64,000 nucleotides of DNA, from contig CASDSU010000016.1 of assembly GCA_949283575.1 (NCBI GenBank), positions 130 through 64,129 on the forward strand, written 5' to 3'. The position numbers were made by a program, and so were the translations under genes. The notes beneath the pieces are model-generated. The model was not told the origin of the DNA. It was given only the letters and a program-made list of their open reading frames with translations, and did no database searches. Source of the DNA: an uncultured Eubacteriales bacterium. Its GTDB lineage: Bacteria > Bacillota > Clostridia > TANB77 > UBA1234. Of the stretch, positions 61,828 to 64,000 are shown piece by piece (the first letter of the stretch is position 1; each line of letters starts with the position of its first letter).

Positions 61828-62369
61828 TTTATCTTCATCACACACATTCGTACATAATTTAAAATCGTCCATCGTGGACAACTCCATTTGATAATAATAT
61901 ATATTTTTTTAGTTCCTATTATGTTCCACGGAATTTCTCGAGGTACAATAGATCCAAAAGACTTTCCGCCTATACCAAACCATTTATTTATGTAATTATT
62001 TCTTTCATCTACAAATATTGCATATTTTTTTTCGTTATATTTTCTTTTGCTAGGAAAAAGCCTTCCCTCATAGTCACTACCTTCAAATTTATACAGTAGT
62101 TCTCTACCTTCTACGATATATATTTTGCTTTCTTTTAAAATACTTAAAAGTAACTCATCCTGTTTTTGCTGTTTCTTTTTAATTTTAAGATATTGATTAT
62201 TGTAATGAATATATAAAATAACACCAAAACCACAACAAAAAACACTTTCAACTAACAATTTCACAGCTGACCTTGTATCATGTGGGTTAATAACAAGATT
62301 CAAACCTCCCATAATGGCACCAATGGCACCAATAACAAAAAATAACCTTATTAAATTCAATCCACGCAA
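61770..62369 (-). CDS. hypothetical membrane protein (2 TM plus ~140-aa soluble domain); its 3' end runs into the high-GC island
   Basis: 199-aa ORF; the last about 19 codons are encoded by the reverse strand of the telA-like fragment. Confidence 0.45.
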   Translation of the reverse strand: MRGLNLIRLFFVIGAIGAIMGGLNLVINPHDTRSAVKLLVESVFCCGFGVILYIHYNNQYLKIKKKQQKQDELLLSILKESKIYIVEGRELLYKFEGSDYEGRLFPSKRKYNEKKYAIFVDERNNYINKWFGIGGKSFGSIVPREIPWNIIGTKKIYIIIKWSCPRWTILNYVRMCVMKINHKLISTDSSLFLRSRSRS

Positions 62370-62456
62370 ATTTATTACATTTTTCGCTTTTCTTTTTCTT
62401 AATATTTCATAATATTCTATAATTTCATCATTTGTTGCATTTCTAACACTTTCGTA

Positions 62457-63017
62457 TTACTCAATTTTTTTCAAATCCATAGGTTTATTTAATATATTTA
62501 ATAAAGCATATCTATAATATCTTCTAATTTTGTGTCGATTCAATATAGATACACGTTTATTATTCTTTTCATTATTATAATTAATATTATTACCTATAAA
62601 TTCATACTCATAGTCTTTGTATCTTATATTTGTAATTTTCTTACCATCCTCTATTTTCTCACGAATTTCGTAATTTTCATGCTGTTGAAATTGTGGATTT
62701 GTAAACAAAAAGAATAACAGTATTAGTTCCATTAATATCAAACTCATTGTTAAAAGGACATGCAGATTTTCTTTTAACGATATCCTCCATTCTGCTGTCG
62801 TGCTATATACATCACTCATTAAACTTTTATATGTAAAATAAGTTCCAATAATGAATATAACAGCAGACACAGTCACTATAATCCTTTTTAAAATAAGATT
62901 TTTATTATATTCATTTCTTTCTGAAATATGCCCATAATATTTAAAATCACCAAATTTTTTCTCCATTAACAATGAAATTAATGCTAAAGCAATAATACAA
63001 CCCCAATAAATAACCAT
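62457..63017 (-). CDS. hypothetical membrane protein (3 TM plus ~80-aa soluble tail)
   Basis: 186-aa ORF, AT-rich native composition, no recognisable motif. Confidence 0.45.
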   Translation of the reverse strand: MVIYWGCIIALALISLLMEKKFGDFKYYGHISERNEYNKNLILKRIIVTVSAVIFIIGTYFTYKSLMSDVYSTTAEWRISLKENLHVLLTMSLILMELILLFFLFTNPQFQQHENYEIREKIEDGKKITNIRYKDYEYEFIGNNINYNNEKNNKRVSILNRHKIRRYYRYALLNILNKPMDLKKIE

Positions 63018-63160
63018 ATACTTTCCCCTATATATTTTATATTTGCTGCAATTATATCACTTTTTTGTTAACACCTACAACATTTGCATAATTCATACAA
63101 ATATATTGTTCAAATACTTCATAAAAAAAGATGGCTATTTAAGCCATCCTAAAAATATAT

Positions 63161-63836
63161 TTATCTGTCACAACCGCATTCTCCATCATTGTTATCATGA
63201 TTCCTGTTGTTTAGATTGATAATTCCACAAGAATTATTCATCATATTATTAACAGTATTATTCATATAAAATTTCTTTTGAGCCAATTTTTCTTGTACAG
63301 TTCTTAATGCTTCGCCAAAGCGTTGGAAATGCACAATTTCACGCTGCCTCAAGAATTTTAATACATTTGTTACATCAGGATCATCCGACAAATCAATTAA
63401 ATATTCATAAGTCGAACGAGCTTTTTGCTCAGCAGCTAAATCTTCGTATAAGTCTGTTACAGGGTCGCCTTTTACGCCAATATATGCAGCTGTAAACGGA
63501 ACACCTGCAGCGTTTTGTGGGTATACAGAAATACCATGGTCTGTATAATACTCACCAAGACCTGCTTTCTTTAATTCATCTGGCGAAACACCTTTTGTAA
63601 GTTGACTTACAAGTGTTCCTACCATCTCAAGATGCCCAAGTTCTTCTGTTCCGGACATCGTTAAGTGTTGCTTTTGCTATCTCAGTTGGCATGCTAAATC
63701 TTTGACTTAAATATCTAAGAGATGCTGCGAGTTCGCCATCTGGACCGCCATACTGACTTATTATGAATTTCGCCATTTGCGGATTCTTATTTTTAATATT
63801 TACTGGATACTGTAATTTTTTATCATAATCCCACAT
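63161..63836 (-). pseudogene. cotJC: spore coat manganese catalase-family protein CotJC with a +1 frameshift
   Basis: N-terminal part (63627..63836, MWDYDKKLQYPV...ATLNDV) and C-terminal part (63161..63658, GTEELGHLEMVGT...) are both CotJC-like but in different frames; extra base in + strand TTCCGGAC at about 63653-63656. Confidence 0.8.
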
Positions 63837-63839
63837 AAC

Positions 63840-64000
63840 TTACACCCCTCTTTCCCATGGCCATGGATTATTAATCCACTTCCACTCACAATCTTTAGCA
63901 CCACTTATAGCTTTAAGCGGACCATATTCTTCTTCATATTTCTTTCTAGCAGCTTCTGCTTCTTCAGCAAGTTCTTGGTAAGACTCAATCATATAGGCGT
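63840..64000 (-). CDS. cotJB: spore coat protein CotJB (3' part; gene continues beyond the window)
   Basis: C-terminal ...EYGPLKAISGAKDCEWKWINNPWPWERGV matches the CotJB PWPW tail; immediately upstream of cotJC. Confidence 0.6.
   Translation of the reverse strand, partial: AYMIESYQELAEEAEAARKKYEEEYGPLKAISGAKDCEWKWINNPWPWERGV

Noticed and set aside
1-64000. CRISPR arrays, tRNA or rRNA genes
   Set aside because: No regularly spaced short direct repeats with unique spacers; no sequences with the tRNA T-loop GTTCGAATC-type signature or rRNA-like GC-rich blocks were seen

Overview
AT-rich (about 70% A+T by eye) Firmicutes/Clostridia-type chromosomal window from an endospore-former, almost entirely minus-strand coding. 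Left two thirds is a conserved housekeeping block. Right to left it reads: ylmC-sigG / hemolysin-III / DUF1836 / sigE-spoIIGA / mscS / ftsZ-ftsA-sbp-DUF881-divIB-murA-topB-murG-topA / znuCBA-like metal ABC transporter / rpe-rsgA-prkC-prpC-rlmN-rsmB / a fused tagO-mnaA gene / rpiB-ywlE / tagA, tsaC / feoAB / a Lon-like AAA+ protease / rimI-tsaB-tsaE / a GT51 transglycosylase / an acyl-ACP thioesterase. The right third is more accessory. It holds a degraded surface-protein gene with SLH remnants, spoIVA, a GH57/GT4/DUF4912/GlgP alpha-glucan (glycogen) cluster split by a 2270-aa tandem-repeat giant protein, pyk, two unknown membrane proteins and cotJB-cotJC. Sequence-level anomalies: (1) two short islands of clearly higher GC, a WG-repeat protein gene and the 3' part of a telA-like gene, each preceded by a near-consensus TTGACx-17-TATAxT promoter; (2) a roughly 200-bp MITE-like structured repeat in two copies, plus a GGAC-rich palindromic motif family that includes a 28-bp perfect inverted repeat; (3) single-base +1 frameshifts in sigE and cotJC with the same local context, and a multiply frameshifted SLH-protein gene; (4) a WalR-type TGTAAT-N5-TGTAAT-N5-TGTAAT repeat upstream of ftsA. 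No rRNA, tRNA, CRISPR array, integrase or transposase was recognised.
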